Assembly: GCA_036339295.1 (NCBI GenBank)
Contig: JAYZBK010000079.1
Location: forward strand, 240-64,239
Origin: Planctomycetota bacterium
GTDB taxonomy: Bacteria > Planctomycetota > Phycisphaerae > Phycisphaerales > SM1A02
Direction: 5' to 3'
DNA: 64,000 nt
In this document: positions 54,658 to 63,400 of the stretch, in pieces
Layout: each line of letters starts with the position of its first letter
How positions within the stretch are numbered: position 1 is the stretch's first letter
The notes under the pieces: model-generated
The model's input: the letters and a program-made list of their open reading frames with translations, nothing else
Told to the model about the DNA's origin: nothing
Database searches by the model: none
Translations under genes and position numbers: made by a program

Positions 54658-55866
54658 ATGACCGCATCGCCGCTTCCCCGAAACGTGCTCGCCACCGCGC
54701 TGATCGCCAGCGTGCTCGCCCCCCTCGCCGTCGCCCAGGACGACGCCACGAGGCAGGAGAAGCTCGAGGCGAGGCGCCAGGAACTCGATCGCCTCTACGC
54801 GTTCGGCCCGACGGCCGCCCGCGAGCTCGGACGGCGGATCACCTGGCAGGCGACGATCGATGGCGACATCGACCGGACCTACGCGGTCGGCCCCGACGTC
54901 TACGTGCTCGACGCATCGAAGAAGCTCACCCGCGTCGACCGGGAGACCGGCAACGTCATCTGGACCACCACCGCGGCCGATTCGAACGACCGCGTCTGGG
55001 GCGTCACCGCGGGCATGGCCCCGATCGACGGCCTGCCCTGGGGCCAGAACGAGGGCGACCGGCTCTACGTCACGACCGACCCCGACATCTTCGGCATCGA
55101 CCACGCGACCGGCGCGATCGTCGATCGGCAGGACCTGGTGCAGGTTCCCTCCACCGAGGTCATCCGCTTCCGGAACTACCTCGTCTTCGGAACCCGACAC
55201 GGCCGCATCACCTGGCACCAGTACGTGGTCGGCCAGGAGTGGCGTTCGAACCAGCTGTCGGGCCCGGTGACGGCCGAGCCGACCATGGTCGGCACCAGCC
55301 GCATCGCCGCCGCGAGCCTCGGGGGCACCGTCCTCATGCTCGACGCCCGTTCGACCTCGCGGGTCTGGGGCGACGAGGTCTTCGACGGCGTCAAGGCACC
55401 GCTGACCGAAGGCGGCGGCATGCTCTTCGTCGCGAGCGACGACCAGTACCTCTGGGCGTTCGACGCCGACAACGGCGACGTCCTCTGGCGGTACTTCACC
55501 CAGAGCAAGCTCGACACCCGCCCGACCTACGTGGTCGTCCGTACCCCGGAAGGCACCGAGGGCAGGGTCCTCCAGTGGGTCGAGAGCGAGGGACTCGTGT
55601 GCCTCGAAGCCGATCCCGGCACCGCCATCGAAGGCAAGGTGATCTGGAAGCTGGACGGCATCCGTGGCGACGCCGTCGGCATGAACGGGGACCACGTCCT
55701 GTTCTGGGACGGGAAGACCCGGACCCTCCGGGTCGTCGATCCCCTGAACGGCGCCCTCGTGCGAACGCTTGAACTCCCCCAGATCCGCAGGATCGAGATG
55801 GACGGGGACACGATCTTCGCGACCGGCGACGGCGGCCGGGTCGTCCGCCTCGACCGCATCGGCTGA
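54658..55866 (+). CDS. PQQ-like (BamB-like) beta-propeller repeat protein, secreted
   Basis: Last 402 aa of track ORF 53914..55866 (ATG 54658). Signal peptide ...PLAVAQD. Repeated ...G.V.W.. blades (TGNVIWTT, NGDVLWRY, GKVIWKL). Confidence 0.7.
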   Translation: MTASPLPRNVLATALIASVLAPLAVAQDDATRQEKLEARRQELDRLYAFGPTAARELGRRITWQATIDGDIDRTYAVGPDVYVLDASKKLTRVDRETGNVIWTTTAADSNDRVWGVTAGMAPIDGLPWGQNEGDRLYVTTDPDIFGIDHATGAIVDRQDLVQVPSTEVIRFRNYLVFGTRHGRITWHQYVVGQEWRSNQLSGPVTAEPTMVGTSRIAAASLGGTVLMLDARSTSRVWGDEVFDGVKAPLTEGGGMLFVASDDQYLWAFDADNGDVLWRYFTQSKLDTRPTYVVVRTPEGTEGRVLQWVESEGLVCLEADPGTAIEGKVIWKLDGIRGDAVGMNGDHVLFWDGKTRTLRVVDPLNGALVRTLELPQIRRIEMDGDTIFATGDGGRVVRLDRIG

Positions 55867-55876
55867 TCGAACCGAC

Positions 55877-57472
55877 ATGAGCAACCGTCTCGTACCCGTC
55901 CGTCGCGCCCTCCTCTCGGTCAGCGACAAGACCGATCTCGTACCGTTCGCCCGGGCGCTGGCCGATCGTGGCGTGGAGATCGTCTCGACCGGCGGCACTC
56001 ATCGCGCCCTCGTCGAGGCCGGCCTCGAGCCGATCGCGGTCGAGGACCTGACCGGCTTCCCCGAGATGATGGACGGACGCGTGAAGACGCTCCACCCGAC
56101 GGTGCACGGGGGCATCCTCGCTCGACGCGACGACGAGGCCCACCGCGCCGCCATGGAGGAGCACGGCATCGGGGGCATCGACCTCGTCTGCGTGAACCTC
56201 TACCCGTTCGAACGGACGATCCGCGAGGAGGGAACGACCACCGAACAGGCGATCGAGCAGATCGACATCGGGGGCCCCGCCATGGTGCGGTCCGCGGCGA
56301 AGAACCACGATCACGTCGTGGTGATCACGAGCCCCTCCCAGTACGACCAGCTCGTGAGCGAGCTCCAGGAACAGGACGGCGCGACCGGCCTCGACCTCCG
56401 CCGCGAGTTCGCGGCCGCGGCGTTCGCCCGGACCGCGGAGTACGACGCGACCATCGCCGCGTGGATCGGGAACCGGACCGGCTCCCGTTTCCCCAACGTC
56501 CTCCGCCTGAACTTCATCGGACATCGGGAACTCCGCTACGGCGAGAACCCGCACCAGCTCGCCGCCGTGTACCGGGACCCCGACTACCGGGGCCCTTCGG
56601 TCGTCGGCGCCCGGGTCGTGGCCGGGAAGCCGCTCTCCTACAACAACCTCCTCGACGCGGCCGCGGCCCTCGAGCTGGTCCAGGACCTCCACGACGCCCG
56701 CCCGGGAGCCGCCGCCGCCGCGGTGATCAAGCACACCAATCCCTGCGGCGCGGGCGTCGCCGGCGACCTCGCCCGCGCCTTCGAACTCGCCCAGGCGGGC
56801 GACCCGCTCGCCGCCTTCGGAGGCATCCTCGCGGTGAACGGCGCCGTCGACGCCCCCGCCGCCCGGTGCATCGTCGAGAAGTCGCGCTTCCTCGAGGTCG
56901 TGATCGCCCCGGACTTCGAGGCCGAGGCGGCCGAGGTCCTCTCGACGAAGTGGCCGAACTGCCGACTCCTCGCGGTCGGCCCGCTCGACGATCACGGGGT
57001 GGACGGACTCGGCCTGCGTTCGATCCCCGGCGGGATGCTCGCCCAGGAACGCGACACCCATCCGTTCGCGGCGGGCGACCTGAGGCACGCCGCGGGCCCG
57101 GCCCCGACCGACGCGATGCGCCACGACGCCGCCGGCGGGTGGCCGGTGGTCAAGCACCTGAAGTCGAACGCCGTGTGCATCGCCACGGGCGAACGACTGC
57201 TTGGCGCCGGTGCCGGCCAGATGGACCGCGTCGCGGCGTGCCGCATCGCGGTCGAGAAGTCGGGTCTTCCCTCGGAGCGACCCGAAGGCACGCTCGTGGC
57301 CGCGAGCGACGCGTTCTTCCCGTTCGACGACGGCCCGAGGATCCTGGCGGAAGCGGGCGTCCAGTGCCTCGTCCACCCGGGCGGCTCGAAGCGGGACGAG
57401 GACACCTTCAAGCTCTGCAACGAGCTCGGCGTGACCTGCCTCCTCACCGGCGTCCGCCACTTCCGGCACTGA
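55877..57472 (+). CDS. purH: Bifunctional AICAR transformylase / IMP cyclohydrolase
   Basis: ALLSVSDKTDLV.FAR.L...GVEIVSTGGT, GRVKTLHP.VHGGIL, DIGGPAMVRSAAKNH, C-terminal ...GGSKRD...TGVRHFRH. Confidence 0.95.
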   Translation: MSNRLVPVRRALLSVSDKTDLVPFARALADRGVEIVSTGGTHRALVEAGLEPIAVEDLTGFPEMMDGRVKTLHPTVHGGILARRDDEAHRAAMEEHGIGGIDLVCVNLYPFERTIREEGTTTEQAIEQIDIGGPAMVRSAAKNHDHVVVITSPSQYDQLVSELQEQDGATGLDLRREFAAAAFARTAEYDATIAAWIGNRTGSRFPNVLRLNFIGHRELRYGENPHQLAAVYRDPDYRGPSVVGARVVAGKPLSYNNLLDAAAALELVQDLHDARPGAAAAAVIKHTNPCGAGVAGDLARAFELAQAGDPLAAFGGILAVNGAVDAPAARCIVEKSRFLEVVIAPDFEAEAAEVLSTKWPNCRLLAVGPLDDHGVDGLGLRSIPGGMLAQERDTHPFAAGDLRHAAGPAPTDAMRHDAAGGWPVVKHLKSNAVCIATGERLLGAGAGQMDRVAACRIAVEKSGLPSERPEGTLVAASDAFFPFDDGPRILAEAGVQCLVHPGGSKRDEDTFKLCNELGVTCLLTGVRHFRH

Positions 57473-57545
57473 GAAACCATCGCCGACCCCGTCGGACGGG
57501 TGGTACGATGCCCCCGATCCGTCACCATCGCCCCGAGAGAACGCC

Positions 57546-58109
57546 GTGAGCAACGACCCCAATCCCCGTGCCGACCACCCCGACCTCCCCCGGGTCAAGC
57601 AGGCCTTCCCCGCGGCCCGGTTCCAGGCCACGGAGTTCCGGGGACAGACCACGCTGGTCGTCGACCGGGCGTCCGCCCATGACGTCCTGAGGTTCCTGCA
57701 CGACGACGCCGACTGCGGCTACGACTTCCTCTGCGACGTCACCGCCGCCGACTACCTCGACTATCCGGTCGAGGTGGGTGGCCGGTTCGCGGTCGTCTGG
57801 GTGCTCAAGAACCTCGAGAGCGGCCGGCGACTGCTGGTCAAGACCTGGCTCGAACCGACCGTCGACACCGAGGGCATCGCGGAGGATCCCGGCCTCGAGG
57901 TCGACAGCGTCTGCGACATCTGGCCCGGCGCCGAGTGGATGGAGCGGGAGGTCTTCGACATGTTCGGCATCCGGTTCAGGAACCACCCCGATCTCCGCCG
58001 GATCCTGCTCTGGAAGGACTACCCCGCCCACCCGCTGCGCAAGGACTACCCCCTTCGTGGCCGAGGCGAGCGGGAGCACTACGCGGTGCTCGATCGGGAA
58101 GCCCGCTGA
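57546..58109 (+). CDS. nuoC: NADH-quinone oxidoreductase subunit C
   Basis: GTG start. YDFLCDVTAADY, W.GAEWMEREVFDMFGIRFRNHPDLRRILL. 187 aa. No nuoB/nuoD neighbours. Confidence 0.85.
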   Translation: MSNDPNPRADHPDLPRVKQAFPAARFQATEFRGQTTLVVDRASAHDVLRFLHDDADCGYDFLCDVTAADYLDYPVEVGGRFAVVWVLKNLESGRRLLVKTWLEPTVDTEGIAEDPGLEVDSVCDIWPGAEWMEREVFDMFGIRFRNHPDLRRILLWKDYPAHPLRKDYPLRGRGEREHYAVLDREAR

Positions 58110-58127
58110 CCGCGAGAGGGTCCAGAC

Positions 58128-59300
58128 ATGCCAACCCAAGCCGTCGTCCTCGGAACCGGAATGGTCGGTTCGGTCATCGCCGCCGACCTCGCCCGAACCC
58201 GAGGCTGGAGAGTCCGTGCCTTCGATGCGAGCCGCGAGGCCCTCGATCGCTGCATCGATCGATGCGAACGCCACGGCGCCCGTCCGTCGGCGATCGAGAC
58301 GGGCGAGGCGGACCTCGCGGACACCGACGTCGTGGCCGAGCTCGTCGAACCGGCCGACATCGTGATCGGGGCCATGCCCGGACGGTTCGGGCTCGCCACC
58401 CTCGAGACGGTGATCAAGGCGGGCCGGGACTACTGCGACATCTCGTTCATGCCCGAGAATCCCCTCGACCTCCACGACTTCGCTCGCCGGAAGGGCGTGA
58501 CCGCGGTCTACGACATGGGCGTCGCCCCGGGCATGTGCCACCTGCTCTCGGGCCTCGCATGCCGGACGCTCGACGACGTCGAACGCATCGAGATCCTGGT
58601 CGCCGGCCTGCCCCGGCACCGGCACTGGCCCTTCGAGTACAAGGCCGGCTTCTCTCCCTCGGACGTGATCGAGGAGTACATCCGCCCCTCGAGGGTCGTG
58701 GAGAACGGTCGAGTCGTCGTGAAGGAGGCGCTCTCGGAGCCCGAACTCGTCGACTTCGAGGGCCTCGGGACGCTCGAGGCGTTCAACACGGACGGGCTTC
58801 GGAGCCTCGTCGACACGCTCGACGTCCCGAACATGGTCGAGAAGACCATGCGGTATCCCGGTCACATCGAGTTGATGCGGGTCTTCCGGGAGACCGGCTT
58901 CTTCAGCGAGGAGGAGATCGAGCTGAAGGACGGGACGAAGGTCCGGCCGCTCGACGTCACGGAGTCCCTCCTCTTCCCCAGGTGGACCTTCGAGGACATG
59001 GAACCCGACGTCACGGTGATGCGGGTGACCGCCGAAGGCGTCCATGGACGGGTCCCCACGCGAATGACCTGGAACCTCGTCGATCACCTCGATCCCGAGA
59101 CCGGATTCACGAGCATGTCGCGCACCACCGCATTCCCCGCCGCCGTCATGGCGAGGATGATCGTGGACGGCAGCTTCCGGCGACGTGGCCTCTTCGCCCC
59201 GGAGCAGCTCGCCGGGCACAAGGGGCTCGTCGAGCGGATGTTCAAGGAACTGAAGGCTCGTGGCGTCCGGTACGACGCCACGGTCGAGTCGATGGACTGA
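58128..59300 (+). CDS. Saccharopine dehydrogenase family oxidoreductase
   Basis: N-terminal Rossmann VVLGTGMVGSVIA. C-terminal Sacchrp_dh-like region (GVAPGM, EAFNTDGL, MRYPGH). Confidence 0.75.
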   Translation: MPTQAVVLGTGMVGSVIAADLARTRGWRVRAFDASREALDRCIDRCERHGARPSAIETGEADLADTDVVAELVEPADIVIGAMPGRFGLATLETVIKAGRDYCDISFMPENPLDLHDFARRKGVTAVYDMGVAPGMCHLLSGLACRTLDDVERIEILVAGLPRHRHWPFEYKAGFSPSDVIEEYIRPSRVVENGRVVVKEALSEPELVDFEGLGTLEAFNTDGLRSLVDTLDVPNMVEKTMRYPGHIELMRVFRETGFFSEEEIELKDGTKVRPLDVTESLLFPRWTFEDMEPDVTVMRVTAEGVHGRVPTRMTWNLVDHLDPETGFTSMSRTTAFPAAVMARMIVDGSFRRRGLFAPEQLAGHKGLVERMFKELKARGVRYDATVESMD

Positions 59301-59336
59301 CTCGACGAACGCGATCGGCAGGGAGGCGTCCGAGGC

Positions 59337-60290
59337 ATGGAGAGCTTCGCCCATCTCGAACTCAAGAGACTCGCGGTCGCGTGGCTGAAGCGACTGGGGT
59401 GCCAGGCGATCGCGACCGAGGTGCGGTGTCCGATCTCGAAGTACCGGGTCGACGTCGCCGGCTGGCTCGACCATGCGGACGGCGACCTGCTCGACGCCGG
59501 CGGGCTTTCGGGCGAGCGTCCGGGCATCGACGCGACGCTCTTCTCGACGAACGACCGAACCGCGCGGCGCCGCGGACCGGCCCGCCCGAGGACGATCGTC
59601 GTCGAATGCAAGCAGAGCCGGACGGACTTCACCCGTGACGATCGGAATGCGGACCGTCTCAAGTCGAGACTGGAGTCGCTGAAGCGGACCCGGCGACGGT
59701 TCGAGGAGGACCTGATCCCCCGGAGCGAACCGCACCTTCGGGAGTCGGGATCGTCGCTCTTCCGCGAACTCGAGCGATGGGATTTCGAGGGAAGCCGCAC
59801 GACGGCCTACCGACGGACGCTCAAGACGATCGAGCGTCTCGAGCGTCGCCTCCACGGCGACACGAAGTTCCACACGATGCCCCGATATCGCCTCGCCGAC
59901 CACTTCTACCTCTTCACGCCCACCGGCCTGCTCAAGCCCGGGGAGCTGCCGACCGGGTGGGGTCTCGTCGAGTGCCGGAGACGCGAGCTCAAGACCGGGG
60001 CGGGCCCCCTCACCGAACTCGACGGGCTCCCCTTGAAGGAACGGGTCTCCTGCCCCTCGATCGACAGTCCCGAGGAACGGCGTCATCGCCTTCTCCGGAA
60101 CATCGCCGTCGCCGCGTCTCGCGACGTCGTTGCGCAGGCGACACGCCCCCAGGGGCCGGAATCACCCGTCGACGAAACGGTCGAACCCCATGCCAGGGGC
60201 CACCGGCACGGTCGTGACGAGGGAATCCGCGACGGAGGCGTGCCCGGTCGAAGTCGACCACGCTCCGCCGACGGCCGCCCGATACGATGA
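59337..60290 (+). CDS. MmcB-like PD-(D/E)XK nuclease-fold protein with insert and low-complexity tail
   Basis: HLELKRLAVAWLKRLGC...ATEVRCPISKYRVDVAGW ... IVVECKQSRTDFTRD gives an E28/D39/E90-x-K92 arrangement. Later ...DHFYLFTPTGLLKPGELPTGWGLVE. Family recognised from memory of MmcB-type proteins. The C-terminal about 70 aa are Arg/Gly/Pro-rich. Confidence 0.6.
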   Translation: MESFAHLELKRLAVAWLKRLGCQAIATEVRCPISKYRVDVAGWLDHADGDLLDAGGLSGERPGIDATLFSTNDRTARRRGPARPRTIVVECKQSRTDFTRDDRNADRLKSRLESLKRTRRRFEEDLIPRSEPHLRESGSSLFRELERWDFEGSRTTAYRRTLKTIERLERRLHGDTKFHTMPRYRLADHFYLFTPTGLLKPGELPTGWGLVECRRRELKTGAGPLTELDGLPLKERVSCPSIDSPEERRHRLLRNIAVAASRDVVAQATRPQGPESPVDETVEPHARGHRHGRDEGIRDGGVPGRSRPRSADGRPIR

Positions 60291-60297
60291 GGTCGGA

Positions 60298-60371
60298 GCC
60301 CCGATAGCTCAGTTGGATAGAGCAGCGGACTTCTAATCCGCAGGTCGAAGGTTCGAATCCTTCTCGGGGTG
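60298..60371 (+). tRNA. tRNA-Arg (anticodon TCT)
   Basis: Hand-folded cloverleaf: acceptor GCCCCGA/TCGGGGT (G1-U72 wobble), D arm GCTC-AGTTGGATA-GAGC, anticodon arm GCGGA-CTTCTAA-TCCGC, variable AGGTC, T arm GAAGG-TTCGAAT-CCTTC, discriminator G. 74 nt, CCA not encoded. Confidence 0.93.
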
Positions 60372-60373
60372 TT

Positions 60374-60625
60374 TCAGCCGAAGGGATGGAAGCGGCGGAC
60401 GAGCTCGCCGAGGGCGGCGACCCCCGCCACCGAGAGGGCGGCGATCGAAAGGGTGGTCCCTCCCTTCATCGCGCCGCAGTCGAGGCCGAAGGCGCAGGTC
60501 TCGAGGTCGATCATGTGATCCGACGTCTCGATCGCCATCGCGAGATGGGCGCCCATGAACACGACGGCGATCGTGGCCTCGAGCGGGAGCCACGGCGGGA
60601 GAGGACCCGGAGGACCGGCCTCCAC
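60374..60625 (-). CDS. Small hypothetical two-TM membrane protein
   Basis: High GC3 in this frame. Candidate GTG 60625 (ATG 60556 alternative). LEATIAVVFMGAHLAMAI and TTLSIAALSVAGVAALGELV hydrophobic segments flank HMIDLETCAFGLDCG. The stop lies 2 nt from the tRNA 3' end. Confidence 0.4.
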   Translation of the reverse strand: MEAGPPGPLPPWLPLEATIAVVFMGAHLAMAIETSDHMIDLETCAFGLDCGAMKGGTTLSIAALSVAGVAALGELVRRFHPFG

Positions 60626-60707
60626 GACCGAGCGGGGTCGCGGGGCGCCGCGATGGCGACGGTGGCCGAGTTGGCGAGGACTCCGGGACCCACCGGGACG
60701 AGGCTTC

Positions 60708-62261
60708 CTATCGGCTGCCTCCGGCCTCCCCGCCGGAAGCGACGGGGCCGACGATCTCGAGACCTTCGCGGGCCGCCTTCGCCACGCCCTCGGGCGTGAC
60801 CTGGCTCTCGGCACAATAGATCGTCCGGAGCGTCGGAAGCGAAGCCAATCTCGCCAGGCCGGCATCGGTGAGCGAGGAACCGTACAGGTTGACCGTCTCG
60901 AGGGCCGGCAACTGGAGGAGCGCCTCGACCGCACCGTCCCCCACGCCGGTGTTGTCCAGCCTGAGCTTGACGAGTCGATCGAAGCCGACGAGGGATCCCA
61001 CTCCGGCGTCGGTGATCGCGGATCGGGCGAAGTTCGCCCAGACCAACACCGGCTGCAGGCCGTCGAGACTCGTCATGTCCGCGTCGCCGAACGGCGGCTT
61101 GACCAGGCTTGCGTTGACGTCGAACCCGGAGTCCGACTGCGAGATCGGCCCGACGACGACCTTTCGGTCACGAAGGGTCGTGATCGCGGTCTCGATCGCC
61201 GCGGCCCGGGCGGCGGCCTCCGCGGCCGCCTTCTCGGCTTCGATGGAGACCGCGTCGGGCGTGGGATCGTCCTCCTTCGCCGGCACTTCCGCGGGCACGG
61301 CCGCGGTCGCCGCGGTGGCCACGGTCGAGGCTGCGCCACCATGGGGGGCGCCCTCGGCGATCCAACGGCGGATCGTCTCGGTCTCCTCGGCCGTCAGGCG
61401 ATCGCCCTTCGGCGGCATCGCGTCCGGATCGTCCGCCGGAAGCTCGATCCGCTCGAGGAGCAGGCTCTTGTCGGGATCGCCCGGGATGACCGTCCACCAC
61501 TCCTTGTCGCCGGAGAACAGTTCCGCCGCGGTGTCCATGCGGAGACTGCCCTTCACCTTGTCGGGGCCGTGGCACTCGACGCAACGGGCATCGAGGATCG
61601 GAAGCACGTCCTTCTCGAACGAGACGGTCCTCACCGTCGCATCGTCGACCGGCGTCGCCGGAACGGTCGGCGTCGCCTCCTCGGTGTCCGACGTCGGCGG
61701 AGTCGGGTCCTCCGATGCATCATCCGCCGCGGCGACGACGGTCTTCGCCGGGAACAGGACCTTCGTCAGGTAGCCGTGACCGTAGACCATCGCCCCGCCG
61801 AAATGGGATCCGACCCCGACCAGCACCGCACAGACCACGAGTCCCCATCGGTAGCCGTTGAGCGCCCTCGGCCTCGCCCCGCTGCGACCGGCGGTGCCCA
61901 CGAGGAACACGACGACGAGTCCGCCGGCCGCGATGACGCCGAGCCAGCGGTGGATGAAGAGCGTGTTGTCCGCCGTCGCCCCTTCGTAGTCGGCGTTCAG
62001 CCAGCCGAACCATGCCGCGAGGCAGGCGGCGATCGCGGCGAACCCGGTCGCGGTGAAGGCGAACGGCGACGCGATCGTGCGTCGTCGAACGATGTTGGCC
62101 AGTTCCACGGCCGCGGCGGCGATCGCCAGCCCGATCGGGAAGTGGACCATCAGGGGATGAAGCCGGCCCATGAACCGCCAGAGCCGGGAATCGGCTTCGT
62201 GGCCGTCCGCGAGGGTCAGGAACGGCATCGCAAGATGTTCGAACATCGAGGAATCAACCAC
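60708..62261 (-). CDS. Membrane protein: DUF2231-like TM domain + Planctomycete cytochrome c (PSCyt1) + leucine-rich repeats
   Basis: HPLMVHFPIGL TM module. FEKDVLPILDARCVECHGPDKVKGSLRMD heme c motif. C-terminal LRR-like LxxLxLxxTxVxDxGL repeats. Start could be GTG 62261, ATG 62246 or ATG 62228. Confidence 0.75.
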   Translation of the reverse strand: MVDSSMFEHLAMPFLTLADGHEADSRLWRFMGRLHPLMVHFPIGLAIAAAAVELANIVRRRTIASPFAFTATGFAAIAACLAAWFGWLNADYEGATADNTLFIHRWLGVIAAGGLVVVFLVGTAGRSGARPRALNGYRWGLVVCAVLVGVGSHFGGAMVYGHGYLTKVLFPAKTVVAAADDASEDPTPPTSDTEEATPTVPATPVDDATVRTVSFEKDVLPILDARCVECHGPDKVKGSLRMDTAAELFSGDKEWWTVIPGDPDKSLLLERIELPADDPDAMPPKGDRLTAEETETIRRWIAEGAPHGGAASTVATAATAAVPAEVPAKEDDPTPDAVSIEAEKAAAEAAARAAAIETAITTLRDRKVVVGPISQSDSGFDVNASLVKPPFGDADMTSLDGLQPVLVWANFARSAITDAGVGSLVGFDRLVKLRLDNTGVGDGAVEALLQLPALETVNLYGSSLTDAGLARLASLPTLRTIYCAESQVTPEGVAKAAREGLEIVGPVASGGEAGGSR

Positions 62262-62317
62262 CGGGCGTTCTCCGAAGTGAAGGTTCGACCCGAGGATACC
62301 GTCGACACCCCCCCAAG

Positions 62318-63400
62318 ATGCCGAATTCGACCCCCCGCGACGATCTGCTGGTCCCGACCAGGAACGGGCTCTACTGCCCGGCCGGCGACTTCCACGTCGA
62401 TCCGTGGCGACCGGTGGACCGGGCCGTCGTCACGCATGGACACGCCGACCACGCCCGTCGGGGAATGCGGCACGTCCTCACCGCCCGGGACGGCGTCGGG
62501 ATCCTCGAACGCCGGATCGGAGGCGAGGGAACGACCATCGAGGGCGTCGAACCGGGAGAGCGACTGACGATCGGCGACGCCACGGTGTCCCTGCATCCCG
62601 CGGGGCACGTCCTCGGTTCGGCCCAGGTCCGGATCGAGGTCGGCGGAAGGACCTGGGTGTTCAGCGGCGACTACGCCACCCAGGCCAACCCGACCTGCAC
62701 GCCGTTCGAGCCGATCAGGTGCCATCGCTTCATCACCGAGTGCACCTTCGGTCTTCCCCTCTACCGATGGGACCCGCCGGCGATGACCGGATCGCGGCTG
62801 CGATCGCTGGTCCGGGGGATCCTCGCCGAGGGCCGGACGGCCCTCGTCGGCGCGTACGGACTCGGGAAGGCGCAGCGGCTCCTCGCCATGCTCGGAGAGG
62901 ATGGCGGCGTCGAGGCACCGATCGTCTGCCACGGCGCGGTGGAGACGATGAACCAGGCGTATCGCGCCGCGGGCGTGTCGCTTCCCGAGACCACCACGGT
63001 GAAGGCCCTGGCCGAAGCGGGCGGCGTCCGACCGGTCGTGGCGATCGGCCCGCCCTCGGTGATCGGAGGGCCTTGGACGAAGCGGTTCCAGCCGACCACC
63101 AGCATCCTGGCCAGCGGCTGGATGGCGTTGCGCGGGCGCCGACGACGCACGATGGTCGACGAGGCCGTCGTCCTCAGCGATCACGTGGACTGGCCCGGGC
63201 TCCTCTCGGCGGTCGCGGAGACCGGGTGCGAGGAGGTCGGGCTGACCCACGGATTCGTCGAACCGTGTGCCCGGTGGTTCGAGGAACAGGGACTGCACAG
63301 CGTCGTCTACCGGACACGGTTCGAGGGCGAGGACATGGAGGAGCGTGGGGAGGAGCGTGAGGAGGAGCGCGGGGAGGAGCGCGGGGGGGAGCCCGCATGA
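62318..63400 (+). CDS. Ligase-associated DNA damage response exonuclease (metallo-beta-lactamase/beta-CASP-like)
   Basis: VVTHGHADHA (HxHxDH), FSGDY...TECTFG, LSDHVDWPGL. Immediately followed by, and overlapping, an ATP-dependent DNA ligase gene. Confidence 0.75.
   Translation: MPNSTPRDDLLVPTRNGLYCPAGDFHVDPWRPVDRAVVTHGHADHARRGMRHVLTARDGVGILERRIGGEGTTIEGVEPGERLTIGDATVSLHPAGHVLGSAQVRIEVGGRTWVFSGDYATQANPTCTPFEPIRCHRFITECTFGLPLYRWDPPAMTGSRLRSLVRGILAEGRTALVGAYGLGKAQRLLAMLGEDGGVEAPIVCHGAVETMNQAYRAAGVSLPETTTVKALAEAGGVRPVVAIGPPSVIGGPWTKRFQPTTSILASGWMALRGRRRRTMVDEAVVLSDHVDWPGLLSAVAETGCEEVGLTHGFVEPCARWFEEQGLHSVVYRTRFEGEDMEERGEEREEERGEERGGEPA
63337..63384 (+). repeat. 4 x 12-bp tandem repeat GGAGGAGCG(T/C)G(G/A)
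   Basis: Units at 63337-48, 63349-60, 63361-72 and 63373-84. They encode the EERG EERE EERG EERG tail of the exonuclease and lie just upstream of the ligase ATG (63397). Confidence 0.9.

Noticed and set aside
57522-60086. 854-aa minus-strand ORF.
   Set aside because: Antisense to nuoC, the saccharopine-DH-family gene and the MmcB-like gene, all of which have clear motifs and GC3 bias on the plus strand.
60372-62317. Genomic island integrated at the tRNA-Arg 3' end.
   Set aside because: No integrase, recombinase or phage genes follow the tRNA. Composition looks like the rest of the window, and I did not spot a direct repeat of the tRNA 3' half. A computational search for a 15-25-nt repeat of 60346-60371 would settle it.
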